Assembly: GCA_010093605.1 (NCBI GenBank)
Contig: MU004187.1
Span: 186,001-250,000 of the forward strand
Source of the DNA: Lophium mytilinum
Lineage: Eukaryota
Length of the DNA: 64,000 bases
Direction: 5' to 3'
The notes under the pieces were generated by a model. The model saw only the letters and a program-made list of their open reading frames with translations. It had not been told where the DNA came from and made no database searches. Positions 1-11,798 of this stretch are shown one piece after another (the first letter of the stretch is position 1; each line of letters begins with the position of its first letter). The position numbers and the translations under genes were made by a program.

Positions 1-1235
1 CTAATATATTTAAGTATAGTTCTATTAAACTAGCTAAACTAATATATAACCTTAGTAAATTTAATTATCTAGATAATAAAGTCTACTTAGTAGTTACGCG
101 TATATAACCTCCGCCCGCTATTCTAGATAAGCTAGATAATTTAGAACTACGCGTTTATATAAGAAGATAACCTAAGAAATAGACTATACTAGCTAATTAA
201 CCTATAGCTAGGCTAGATAAGCTAAATAACTCTATTCTAGTTTACCGCCTATAAGGCCGCCCTAGGAAAACGCCTTAACTAGTAACTAAGCTAGATAAGC
301 TAAATAACTCTAGCCTAGCTTGCCTGTAAGAATACTTTAAGAAGAATAAAATACTACTAGTAGATAAGCTATATTATTATTATTATTAAATTCTATTATG
401 CTAGTATAGCTCCCGTTAGGGTCTATGTAGCTGTTCTATCTAGGCTAATTTATAAGGGGAAACTATTTACTACTAGATAGTATTTAGGTAAAAACCTTAT
501 TCTTTATTATATTTAGTGTTAGGCGCCCTTTTTCTTTATATTTTACTATAGGGGACATATAGTAGGTCTATAAGAACTACTATAGAATAAGCTATTAAGA
601 TGCGTCTTTCTATATCTATCTAGAAAGGTTTATTATTATCCTTCTAGGTTTAGGCTAAGTAGAATCCGGATGCGAGGCTAGTATAGAATTAGCGTAAGGG
701 CCCGCGTATAAGTAGTGCGCTTGCGGGGCCTTTATTTAAGGTAATAAGATAAAATAAATAGTGGCCGTATAGGCTATTAGAGATAGAAAGGCTGCGCAGT
801 ATATAGGTAGTATATAGTAGAGGTATATAGAAAGTATATAGTTTATAGGTAGGCTATAAGAGTAGAAGGGCTGCAAGCAGCTATATAGAGTTTATAGCTG
901 TAGTAGTATATATAAGCCTCTATAGTATAGCTAATAGCTATAGAAGGGCTAAAAGTATAGAGTATATAGTTTATAGTCTATAATTAGAAAGTATATAGCT
1001 ACTTATAGTAAGTATAAGCCCTTATAGTATAACTAACTAATAGTAGAAGAGAGGGAGCCGCGTATATATACTATTATAAAGTAGGTAGACTATTTAAAAA
1101 TAGAAGAGCTATAAGGGACGGAAAGTATATAGAAAGTATATATTATAGAGTATATAGTAGAGACCTAAAGCTAACTATCTATACTAAGTACTAGTTAAGA
1201 GGGGGCGCTAAGGCCCGCTATAGTATAGTTAGGGG

Positions 1236-1397
1236 TAATAGCAAGGCTATAGATAATAGTAAAACTATAGATAATAGTAAGACTATAGATAATAGTAAGG
1301 CTATAGGTAATAGTAAGGCTATTAGTAATAGTAAGGCTATTAGTTATAGTAAGGCTATTAGTTATAGTAAGGCTATAGATAATAGTAGGGCTATAGT
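1236..1397. repeat. 18-bp tandem array, 9 copies (consensus TAATAGTAAGGCTATAGA) in the LINE 3' region
   Basis: Counted directly. Confidence 0.9.
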
Positions 1398-4300
1398 ATT
1401 AAGCGGGAGGGCTAGGTCTACTTTCTTTCTATCTCTCTTACTATTAAGAGGTAGGGTAGTAGGTCTATTTTCTATAGAAACTACCTAGCTACTACCTTAG
1501 GTCTCTTTTTACTTTTATATATTTCCTTATACATCTAAGTCTTTACTTTTTTAAATAGTTTACCTCTACTCTTTATATACCTCTTATAGTTTATTACTAT
1601 ATAGCGTAGTAATTAGAGGCTGTGCCTGCAGGGGTAGGCTAGTATTAGATAGCCTAGCACCTATATATAGTGTAGGTATCTATTAAGCTCTATATACTCT
1701 ATTTATAGGTTTATAAGAATAGTACTTTTAACTTTTATAAGCCCTTTATATATAGTCTTCTATTATTTACTCTATTTAGTATTAAGGGCCGGCGTTAGTA
1801 GCCTACGCTATTCTATTTTATAAAAGAACTTCTATGCCTTCTTCTACCTTTCTTTATATTTACATTTAATTATAAATCGCCTTAAGCGCTTATAGGCTTT
1901 ATCTAATTTATCTTTATACCTAGTATATAACCTTATAGCCTTTACTATAAGGTTATAGAGTATATTATAGCGGCTAGGGCTATACTTTAGCCTTATAAGT
2001 AGCCTATAGTAGGTATAGATTTTCTATTATATATTACTATATACTATTTTAATATACTAGCGTGCTAGCTCTTTATATATATAGTCCGCGTAAGCTACTA
2101 TAAGTTCCTCTAGTTTTAGCTAGAGTAGTAGGTATAATATTTTATATTCTAGTACTATAGTGCTTATAGTCTTATAGGCCCCTAAGATTCTCTAGAGGTA
2201 TTAGTTCTAGGTTATTTTAAGCTACTTAATCTTTATCTTACTAAGCTGCTCTAGCATGCCTAGTATAGTGTACTAGGTAGTATATCTATATATAATAGTA
2301 GGCCGGACTACTACTAAGTATATTAGGCGTGCTTTTCTAAAGCTAGCGCCCTAGGTAGATACTATAAGCCGCGTAAGTACCTCTATCTAGGTTATAGCTT
2401 TATTCTTTATAATGCTAATATGCGGGCCCTATTTAAGCTTTAAGTCTACCTATACCCCTAGTACTCTTAGGTCTATTATAGGGCCCTCTATAAAGCCTTA
2501 TATATTAACTATAGCTCTTAGGTTAACTTCTTTATAGGCTCTTATAAAGTATATTAGGTAATATTTATCTAGTATAAATACTATACTATACTTTCTTACC
2601 TATTCTATATATCTATTATAGGCTCTCTTAATAGCCCTATAGTTTACCTCTATAGTTCTACTATATATAAGAATATTTATATTATCTATAAACCTATAGG
2701 CTATTATATTACTATCCTAAAGAGTTAGTAGTAGTATACTAGCAAAGAAGAGAAAGAGAATAGGTAATAGAGAGAAGCTCTATAGAATGCCTATAGTAAC
2801 TATAATTAGTTCTACTATATAGCTTTCTATAGAGAGCCTAGTTATACAGTCTTATAGAAAGAATTTAGTAAATCTTATTATCTACTCTAGTATACTCTAG
2901 ACCTATAGGTTATATATTATTTATTTATATAAGACTTAATTAAACGCTTCTAATATATCTAGGCTAAAAAGTAATACTATAAGCTATAGGTTTCCTTTCT
3001 ATATAGCATGGATTTATTCTATAAGAAGTTTAAGTGCTATCTATATAGAGCGTTCCGGCTATACCCCTATTTAGCTAGGTAGTAGTATACCCTTTTTCTC
3101 TACTATCTTAGAGAGCCTCTTAGCTATAATACGTTTAAATAGCTTACCTATTATTTCTAGCAGTATAATAGGCCTATAGGCTTTTACTATTATATAGAAT
3201 ACTTTCTAGGGTTTACATAGAACTACTATAATTAATTCTTTAAACGGGCGGGGGTAGTATTCTCTATATAGATACTTTATAAAGAAGCGGGCAAGTACTA
3301 GTACTAGTTGCATCTTATACTTCTTTAGAAATCTATTTATAATTCCTATAATTCTAGAGGCCTTATCTAGCGCAATTTCTATTAGTACTAAGAGTATGTC
3401 TTTTATAGTAACTTCTATAGAGGTAGTATATAGTTCTAGGTATTAAAACTCTTCTAGGTTAGATAGGTTAGCTTCTACTAGTAGTAGAAAGAACTGTTTA
3501 GTAAGTATATATGCTTTTATCTTATTATCTATATATAGGGTAGAGTTACCTAGCTAAAAGAGAGGGGGAAATTAAGAAGGGGGCCTTAATTTCTTTCTAA
3601 CTATATAGCCCTATTTAGCTAGTTTCTATACCCCTTTAAAGTTATTTATTACCTTCTCTACTATATAGCGCTATACCTTAGTACTCTCTTTCTATATAGC
3701 TCTTTTCTTGCGGTTATACTAGACCTAGTATAATATCTAGTTCTCTATAGAGTATAATAAGCACTATATTCTATACGCCCGCCTAGTCTTATATACCTCC
3801 TTTAAGTACTTCTTAGTCTAGAATAGTAATGCGTGCTATAAGGGCCGTGCTATTAGTACTATAGCGTTAATAGTAATTTTAATAAGTTAGTAGAGAATAT
3901 ATATAAAGTTATCTAGGTCTTCTTCTTTTTTATTATCTAGGGGGTTATTCTAGTTTTCTAGCTTAACTAGCTAGGCTGTAAGGTGCTTCTATACGTTCTT
4001 CTATATAATATTCTTCTATAGCCGGCGTAGGGGCTATTTAGTTACTAGTAGTAGTATAATATTAAATTCTATATATATAGGGCGGTAGTCTAAGTAATAG
4101 TTCTACTTCTCTTAAACTATATAGAATATTATATATTCTATTAGCTATTTAGATGTAAATATAAGGTTAATTATAGTCTACTATATTTCTCTTACCTATA
4201 TTTCTATGCCCTTCTCTATAGCTAGGGTTAGGCCTGCTTCTATTATAATGTAAATAAGCTTCTTAGCTTACTCTTCCGCACTAATTACCTATATTTCTCC

Positions 4301-6395
4301 CTAGAATAGGTAGTATAGATTTATATCGCCTATAAGTATATACTCTACCTTCTTATATAGTATAAGGGGTAGTATAGCTATAATTCTATATAGCTTTAGG
4401 TTATAGATATTATAAATTTAAATATCCTCTCCCCTAGCCTAGAGGGAGAGAGTAATAAGGTCTAGTAAGTAGTGCTCTATAGTCTATTAGCCTAGGTTTA
4501 GGTACTTATTAATATACGTATATATTCTAGTGTTTAGGCTTCCTCTATATAGTAGGTAGTATAATTTTATGCATAGTAAGGTATATTTCTAGGTATTCTT
4601 CTATAGTTCTTATATAGCTAGTACTAGTAGTTAGGGCTAGGCCGCCTCTACCTTCTTAAGAAACTCCCTTTAGGTCTCTTAGCTCTTATTAATGTTATAC
4701 TATATAATAGTAAGTATATTAGGTTGCTCTAATATTAGGTATCTATAGAGTCTTTAGAGTTATTTATTATAGCCTAGCTAGCCTTAGTATAGAGCTAATA
4801 GCTTACTACCTCTTCTTTCTAGGTAGACGGTACCTAAGTTACATTAAATTATAATAGTCTAGCGTTATTACTATAGGTTATTATCTAAGAGTAGTATAGT
4901 ATTTTATAGGTAGGCTATAGGGTTCTATAGAAAGGCTGCGGGCTATTATAGTAAGGCTATAGGTTATTATAGTTAGGCTACTATATTAAATAGAAAGTAT
5001 ATATTAATTAGGTAGTCTATATAGTATAGGTAGACTATAGTACTCTATTTATCTTTAGTTATTTTAGGTTCTTATGCGCGGTAAATATAGTAGATATAGG
5101 GGGGCGTTCTACTCTTCTTAAAGTACTGCCGTCTAGTGCGTTACTATTCTTAGTAGCCTTCCTCTTTCTACTTACCGCGTTAAGAGCTTATAATTCTATT
5201 ATAGATTAGAATATTACTATGCCCGGCGTGCTATTAGTATTATTATTAGGGCTATTATTAGCCCTATAGTAGGTTAGCGCTGCCCACCTCTTTATATTAG
5301 CTTTTAGTTAAGTATTTTTTCTTATAGTGCACGTTGCACTATATAATAGGTAGCTTTTCTTATAGTTAGCGCACTTTCTAATACTCTTCTCTATGCATTA
5401 TCTTATATTATAAGCTCCTATATACGCTGCGTATACTACCTTCTTCTTATAGTATCTAGCAACGTGCCTATAGCCCTAGTATTAGAAGCATTAGGTAGCT
5501 ATAAAGCCTACCTTATACTTTAAGGCCTCTAGTATATATCTATTCTATGCTAGCCCGCTATCTATAATCTTATTTACTATTACCTCCGTGCCTATAGTAA
5601 CTATAGCTAATAAGGCGCGCTATTTAGAGTTATTTCTAATAGCCTAGATTTAATTTAGGTGCTTCCACGTAATCTTATATATAGCTAGGCCTAGGTATAG
5701 TACCTTATTATCTTATATAATACTACTTTACAGCATTAGATCCTCTAGGTCTATCTCTTTAGGTACTCCATACACCTCTAGAAGGACCTTAGGTAGTTAG
5801 ATTTATACTATTTTACCTAGAACCTTTATCTATTCCTTCTTCTTTAATAGGGCTTTCTTAGCAGTTACGTCTAGTATGTAGGCCTTTACGTCTCTACTCT
5901 AGAGCTTTCTAATGCTATAGATCTTTATTATATTAGGCTCTTCTACTACTTAGAGCTTATAGGTAATAGTTGCGTTTAAGTTCTTATTTATTACGGCGTG
6001 TTTCTTCTTATTCTTAATATATATAGTAATTTTATAGGTAGTCTATATTATATACTCTCTATTTTCTATAGTCTTACTATTTCTTTCTACCGCCGCTACT
6101 ACTATATAGGTTATTTCTTATATAGATAGCGCCTATACGCCCTTCTATATTTTCTCTATTATTTTTATTATCTTTCTCTATAGCGTTTATTATAGGTCCT
6201 CTATAGTACCTAAGAGGCTAGCTAGTATGCGCCCGGCGAAGTTCTAGAGGTACTTAAGGGCGTTATTTATCTTAGAGTTAGAGAATATAGGCTTATTCTA
6301 TAGGGAGTTCTATATACTATAGGCTTCTTTAATAAGCGCTTAGATATTAGCGTAGATATTCTACTTAGTCTTTAGTTAGTAGGTTTAGTTTTAGA

Positions 6396-6416
6396 ATTAT
6401 TATTAGTATTATTAGT

Positions 6417-6447
<31 letters not shown>
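6396..6447. repeat. (ATT/AGT)n microsatellite near the LINE 5' end
   Basis: Read directly. Confidence 0.85.
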
Positions 6448-6449
<2 letters not shown>

Positions 6450-6620
6450 ACTGCTATATAATAGGGGTTATAATACATAATTCTATTATAACGCCGCTAG
6501 CACGGCTTATAGAGCTCTAATACTGCGTGTAAACATTTATATAGCCTTAAGTAGCCCCTAGAGGCCCTCCTTAGGTTATATTTCTAAGGTGCTGTAAATT
6601 TAATTACATTATATTTTTTT

Positions 6621-8860
6621 TAGATAAGCTATATAATTCTACTACTAAGAAGCTGCCTATAGATAATAAGCTAAATAATTTATCTAAAGTAACTATTTTT
6701 ACTAGTAATTAGATTCTTTAATAGGTTTAAAAGTACTTAAAAGGTAACTCTATAGTTTAAGCTATTAAATATACTAAATACTAAAATTAGCGCTAATTAC
6801 CCGTATAATTCTATTAAGACTATTATTTATAAATAGAGCTAGGTAACTATAAAGTTATTAATAACCTTCTCTATATCTATAAGTAGCTCTATATTCTAGA
6901 TATTAAATAACTATATACTTATATTATCTAATCTATATATAAATCTAAGCCTACTAGATATACTAGAATAACTTTAATCTATATATAACTCTATAAGTAC
7001 TATTACTAGCCCTAAATAATATTCTCTATAGACTAGTATATTAGTGCCTATCTAGCTTATAAGAGATCTAAATACTCTTAAGAGGGTAAATAAGAACTAC
7101 TCTATCCCCTATCTATTCTAGACTAATATTAGTATTATATCTCTATTAACTTTATTACTCCCTTACTAATCTATAAGTAATAGGGATATAAGCTTAAATA
7201 TATTATAGTTATTATTAATTAGTTCTTAAAAAAGAGAAAGTTTATAGCTATAAACTCTATAGAGGCTAAAGATATTATATAGGCATTTATTAAATAGATC
7301 TAGTAAGAAGAAGAATACCTATATTTTATTATTTCTAACCGCGGACCTTAATTTATATTATATTTCTAGAAATAACTATATACTTAGATAGAAATAAAGC
7401 TAAAGCTCTCTACTACCTTCTACTTTAAAATAGATAGATAAACGGAAATTACTAATATAGCTCTTAAATAGTACTTACGCGCGTATATTAATTATAAGTA
7501 GAATAACTAGGCTAACCTCTTACCTATTACTAAGTTTAAAGCTAATTTAGATAAGATAACTATAGGTATTTCCCCCTTTATTACTATAAAAGAATATAAT
7601 CTATATTTTAGTCTTAAGCTAGCTAATAACTCTATAGCTAAAGAACTATAGAAGGCCCTTAGAGAGAAGGCTAATACGCTCGCTAAGTAACTAAATAACC
7701 TCCGTCTCTTTCTCTATAATAAATTAATTTAGGTATAAGCTAGATAGAAAGAGTTTACTAACTATAAATAGAAACTAGCTATAGAGTTTAAAGTTAGTAA
7801 CTAAGTTATATTAGACACGCGCAATATTAAGACTTAGCGCCTAAATAAGTTACTAGACTATAAATAACTTAGTCTATTTAAAATTACTAAGGTTATTAAT
7901 AACGCCGCTTACTAATTAGCCCTTCTATATACTATAAAGGGGGTATTTAATATCTTCTATCTATAGCTACTCTATTATATTACTTATAAGCCGCTAGAAG
8001 AATAAGTCTAGAAGAAACTAGAACTAGTTAAAATTAATAAAGAAGGCTATAAGTAATAGAATATTAATAAAATAGTTAACTTATATATTAATAATGCTAT
8101 ACTTAACCTAGCTATAAACTAAAAGGGCCTACTTTAGTATAAGATCCTCTATACTAGTTACCCTAAGTAGAATACTAATTCTTAATAAGAATTTTATACT
8201 AGTATTACTAACTACTATAATATTATTATAGACTATTACTATATCTACCTAAAAGTAAAAGAACTCTATAAGTTCTTCTAGAAGCCTAAGTATTAAAAGC
8301 TGCTACTTACCCTAATTATAATAATACTCTATAGATAACGCGTTCCCTATCTTACTAACTTAACTAGTACTAACTAGTTAAGCTATTACTAATTTATATA
8401 AAATTAGATAATACTATACTATATAGACTATATAAATAAAGCTTAGTAATATATATAAGATTAACTATATTACTAACCTTATATTTAAGGCCTAGCGCGC
8501 ACCTATTATAACTCTTCTATTTATATAATTGCAAGATAATTTATTAAAAGAATTAACTAAAGAAGGACTATCTTATAGTAAGTATATATACTAAAATAGA
8601 AAGGCTATATATATATAGCTTTCTTTTAGAGGGGGGTAGTATTATAGCTATAATATAACCCTTATTATAATATACTTCTATTATAAGTAATAGTATTATA
8701 TAGCCTCTATTATGTATTACTATTATATAACTTTACTTAGCGCCAGCCTTACCTACCTCTTAGCTAGCGCTCCGCGCCCTACTCTCTCTTCTTATAGCTA
8801 CTTTATTATATACTTAATACTATCTAGTTTTCTATTATAATTCTATATTATACTATAATA
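6621..8860 (+). mobile_element. RIP-degraded Ty3/gypsy (chromovirus) 3' part: integrase, probable chromodomain, PPT, 3' LTR; bases 1-374 are probably its upstream continuation
   Basis: Plus-strand IIN*FLKK (VVDRFSK), ISNRGP*FI (ISDRGPQFV, ~7331), KLSTTFYFKIDR*TE (KLSTAFHP-TDGQTE, ~7402-7447), SLFKI (GPFKI, ~7871), VFNIFYL*LL (VF-VFHPWLL, ~7943). Purine tract at ~8627-8639. Confidence 0.88.
8640..8860 (+). repeat. 3' LTR of the gypsy element
   Basis: Immediately follows the PPT AGAGGGGGGTAG. Begins TATTATAG and ends CTATAATA, read as RIP-mutated TG...CA inverted termini. Confidence 0.75.
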
Positions 8861-9565
8861 TTTTTAGCCTAGCCTTTATACTCTTACTACTTAGTACTTA
8901 TATTATAGCTTATACTTATAAATAGCTTTAATATCTACTAAATAGCCTAAACCTATTAAGATATTACCTACTAAATTAGCCTTAAAGTATTAAAAGATTA
9001 AATTAAATAGATAGTAAATTAAATAGATAGTAAATTAAATAAATAGTAAATTAAATAGATAGTAAATTAAATAGATAGTAAATAGATAAAGAATTAATAG
9101 AGATATATACCTAATTCTAGTAGTATAATATAGCTAGGCCTCTAGAATATAGCCTAGTAATATAGGTATAGATTATTATATTATATCTAGCTACTATAGG
9201 TAGTAGATATATAGGTAGCTACTTATTTAAGTAGCCGGCCTATACTATATTACCGGGCTATATTCTAGAGGCCTAGCCGCGTTATACTACTAGAATTAGG
9301 TATATATTTCTATTAATTCTTTATCTATTTACTATCTATTTAATTTACTATCTATTTAATTTACTATCTATTTAATTTACTATCTATTTAATTTACTATC
9401 TATTTAATTTACTATCTATTTAATTTAATCTTTTAATACTTTAAGGCTAATTTAATAGGTAATATCTTAATAGATTTAGGCTACTTAGTAGATATTAAAG
9501 CTATTTATAAGTATAAGCTATAATATAAGTACTAAGTAGTAAGAGTATAAAGGCTAGACTAAAGA
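8861..9565. repeat. Fold-back inverted repeat: arms 8861-9165 and 9245-9565, each with a 16-bp tandem array (5 vs 6 copies)
   Basis: Arms are reverse complements differing by transitions and one 16-bp unit (AAATTAAATAGATAGT). Confidence 0.92.
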
Positions 9566-10161
9566 AAAGAAATACTATCTTACTAACCTAATATTAATAA
9601 GAGTATAAAGGTAGATAGTAAGAGTATAAAGGGCTAAACTAAAGAAAGATATAATAGAGAATAATTACTATCTATACTAGTAAGACTAGTAGCTAAATAC
9701 TACTTTAAGACTAGTAGTATTTCTTTTACTACTTACTATTTATATTTAGTATCTTTTTACTACTTACTATTTATATACTTTTTTCTACTATAATAAGGGC
9801 TTTTCTTTTAAAGAGGGGGATAGTAGAGTAACTAAGTAGTTACTAGTAAATAGTACTTAAAAGAATCTAAAAGTAGAGTATTATTATTTAGAGCTATTAT
9901 AGATAGTATTAAAGGGCTATTTAGTCTTATTATAAATAGTAAGTATTCTTTTAGAGAGGGGGATAGGTATAGGCTAGCTACTTAGATAAGCAGTCGCCTA
10001 TATACCTGCCGCCCGTAGTAGCTAGATATAATACAACAACCTACACCCGCATCACCGGGCTACAGCGCCCCGCCATCTTGGCAACTCCAGCCGACCCACT
10101 TAAACTTTTGCTTTCGCTGCGGCTTCAAACTACAACACGCATATCAACCAATACCTCGACA

Positions 10162-11082
10162 ATGGCAACACGCAAGCGGAACGAATGGCTAGATGCCGAG
10201 GAGAGTGATGATGACGAGCAGGGCTACGATTCCGCCGAGGAGAGCAAGACCAAGGCGTTACCTGGACGCGCAACGAAGAGGCGGAAGGTCGACGACGATT
10301 CGAATGAGGAAGATGTCTCAGACCATGCCGACGAAGCAGAGGATCAAGACCAAATAGCTTCACGAGTAGAGGAGGACAAGGAAGATATCATGCCTACAGA
10401 GAAGCCTACGAAGTCGAAATCGAAAACCCTCAAAACGCTCTCGCAGAAAAAGCTTCGTGCCGCAGAAAAGGCCCGTGCCTCAACCGGCGTCATCTACCTC
10501 TCACGCGTCCCTCCCTTCATGAAGCCCTCGACCGTAAAGCACCTCCTTTCGCAATACGGCGAGATCGGGCGCATCTTTCTTGCCCCTGAAGATCCAGCCT
10601 CCCACACGCGCCGTGTCAAGGCCGGCGGAAACAAGAAACGCTCCTTTACTGAGGGCTGGGTCGAATTCATCGACAAGAAAGACGCCAAACTAGTGGCAGA
10701 GACCCTCAATGCGCAGATCATTGGCGGCAAGAAGGGTGGATGGTACCACGACGACCTGTGGAACATAAAATACCTCAAGAACTTCAAGTGGGACAAGCTC
10801 ACCGAGCAGATCAATAATGAGAATGCCGAGCGGGCAGCCAGGCTACGGGCGGAGATTTCGAAGACGACGCGCGAGAACAAGATGTTCCTGGAGAACGTGG
10901 AGAGGGCGAAGATGCTGGACGGCATAGCTGCCAAACGGAAGAAGAAGGCTGATGATCACGACACCGAGGACAGGGGGTTTGTCACCTCGGCGCACAATCG
11001 GAGAGAATTTAGACAGATCAAGGTCAAGTCCAAGTCGAGTACCGATCAAGGGGAAGCGATCGTGCCGCTACGTCGTCTGTGA
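10162..11082 (+). CDS. ESF2: Pre-rRNA-processing protein ESF2/ABT1
   Basis: GVIYLSRVPPFMKP, FTEGWVEF and IIGGKKGGWYHDDLWNIKYLKNFKW motifs, with an acidic N-terminus. Confidence 0.93.
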   Translation: MATRKRNEWLDAEESDDDEQGYDSAEESKTKALPGRATKRRKVDDDSNEEDVSDHADEAEDQDQIASRVEEDKEDIMPTEKPTKSKSKTLKTLSQKKLRAAEKARASTGVIYLSRVPPFMKPSTVKHLLSQYGEIGRIFLAPEDPASHTRRVKAGGNKKRSFTEGWVEFIDKKDAKLVAETLNAQIIGGKKGGWYHDDLWNIKYLKNFKWDKLTEQINNENAERAARLRAEISKTTRENKMFLENVERAKMLDGIAAKRKKKADDHDTEDRGFVTSAHNRREFRQIKVKSKSSTDQGEAIVPLRRL

Positions 11083-11798
11083 GGTGTGCCTAAGAGTCGG
11101 ACCCAACCAGAACCCGTGTTTCGAAACAAGGAGCACAACATCCCTATGTGCCCCTAAGCAATCACGTTTCCCGTGCAGGGAACTGAGCTACTCATACTTC
11201 AGCTTGAGCAGTGGCTGTGTTGGGGTGAGCGTATCTTGAATCGAGCCTGAGTACAGTAGCTCATTGGAATTCAGTTTTGCGCCCGTATTCGACAGAGAGG
11301 GCTGAGACTGGGTCCCTCCCATTTCCGGCCCATATGCTTCCAGGTTTCAATTTCAGAGCGCGACTCGTAATCTCCGCACGTGATAGAGAGCACGTTGGAG
11401 GATCACGATCACAAGTCGATACTTCCCGAGGCCCCCTCCGGGGATTCCTCGAGATTTTGACTGATATCAATATACAGCCGAATCTCATTAATTCCTGCTT
11501 AGCCCCCTACTGTGACTTGGAGAACCCCTGAGGATTCTAAGAACGAAAGGCGATGTCGAGTCTCAAGCAGCGTAGATTGGCCTGCCTCTTGACTAGTCAA
11601 CGATTCGCAGTCGGGCCACCCCATACAGTGGTGTTAAGTGAGCAAAATCGAAGCCAATCAGTGACAGATTTGTGTGCCCAGACATATGACGAAGTCCTGT
11701 AACCCACTCGTTTAGATTCGCCTAGTAACCGGATCACTACAGGACCACCAATATATCTCAATAGAACAAAGCCCGCGAAAACCAGGCGTTCATACCAC

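Larger units (their letters stand above)
375..6620 (-). mobile_element. Apparently full-length RIP-degraded LINE (Tad-like non-LTR retrotransposon)
   Basis: Minus-strand translation gives gag-like CCHC knuckle remnants (~5300-5500) and RT motifs GIL*SFSLLPILFLFF (de-RIP GIPQGSPLSPILFLFF, ~2745-2795), GFIDN (de-RIP GFVDD, ~2680-2695) and RVLGV*VD (~2443-2468). (TAA)n 3' tail at ~373-388. Flanked by identical 14-mer TAGATAAGCTATAT at 361-374 and 6621-6634. Confidence 0.9.
1..10060. repeat. AT-rich, RIP-mutated transposon block
   Basis: Extreme TpA enrichment with visible CpA/TpG and CpG depletion. No ORF of 60 aa or more in the track. Retroelement motifs carry C>T/G>A stops. Abrupt return to normal GC at ~10,000-10,060. 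Confidence 0.95.

Noticed and set aside
9000..9426. 16-bp arrays (and the 18-bp array at 1236-1397) as CRISPR or telomeric repeats
   Set aside because: Head-to-tail units without spacers, eukaryotic context and no TTAGGG.
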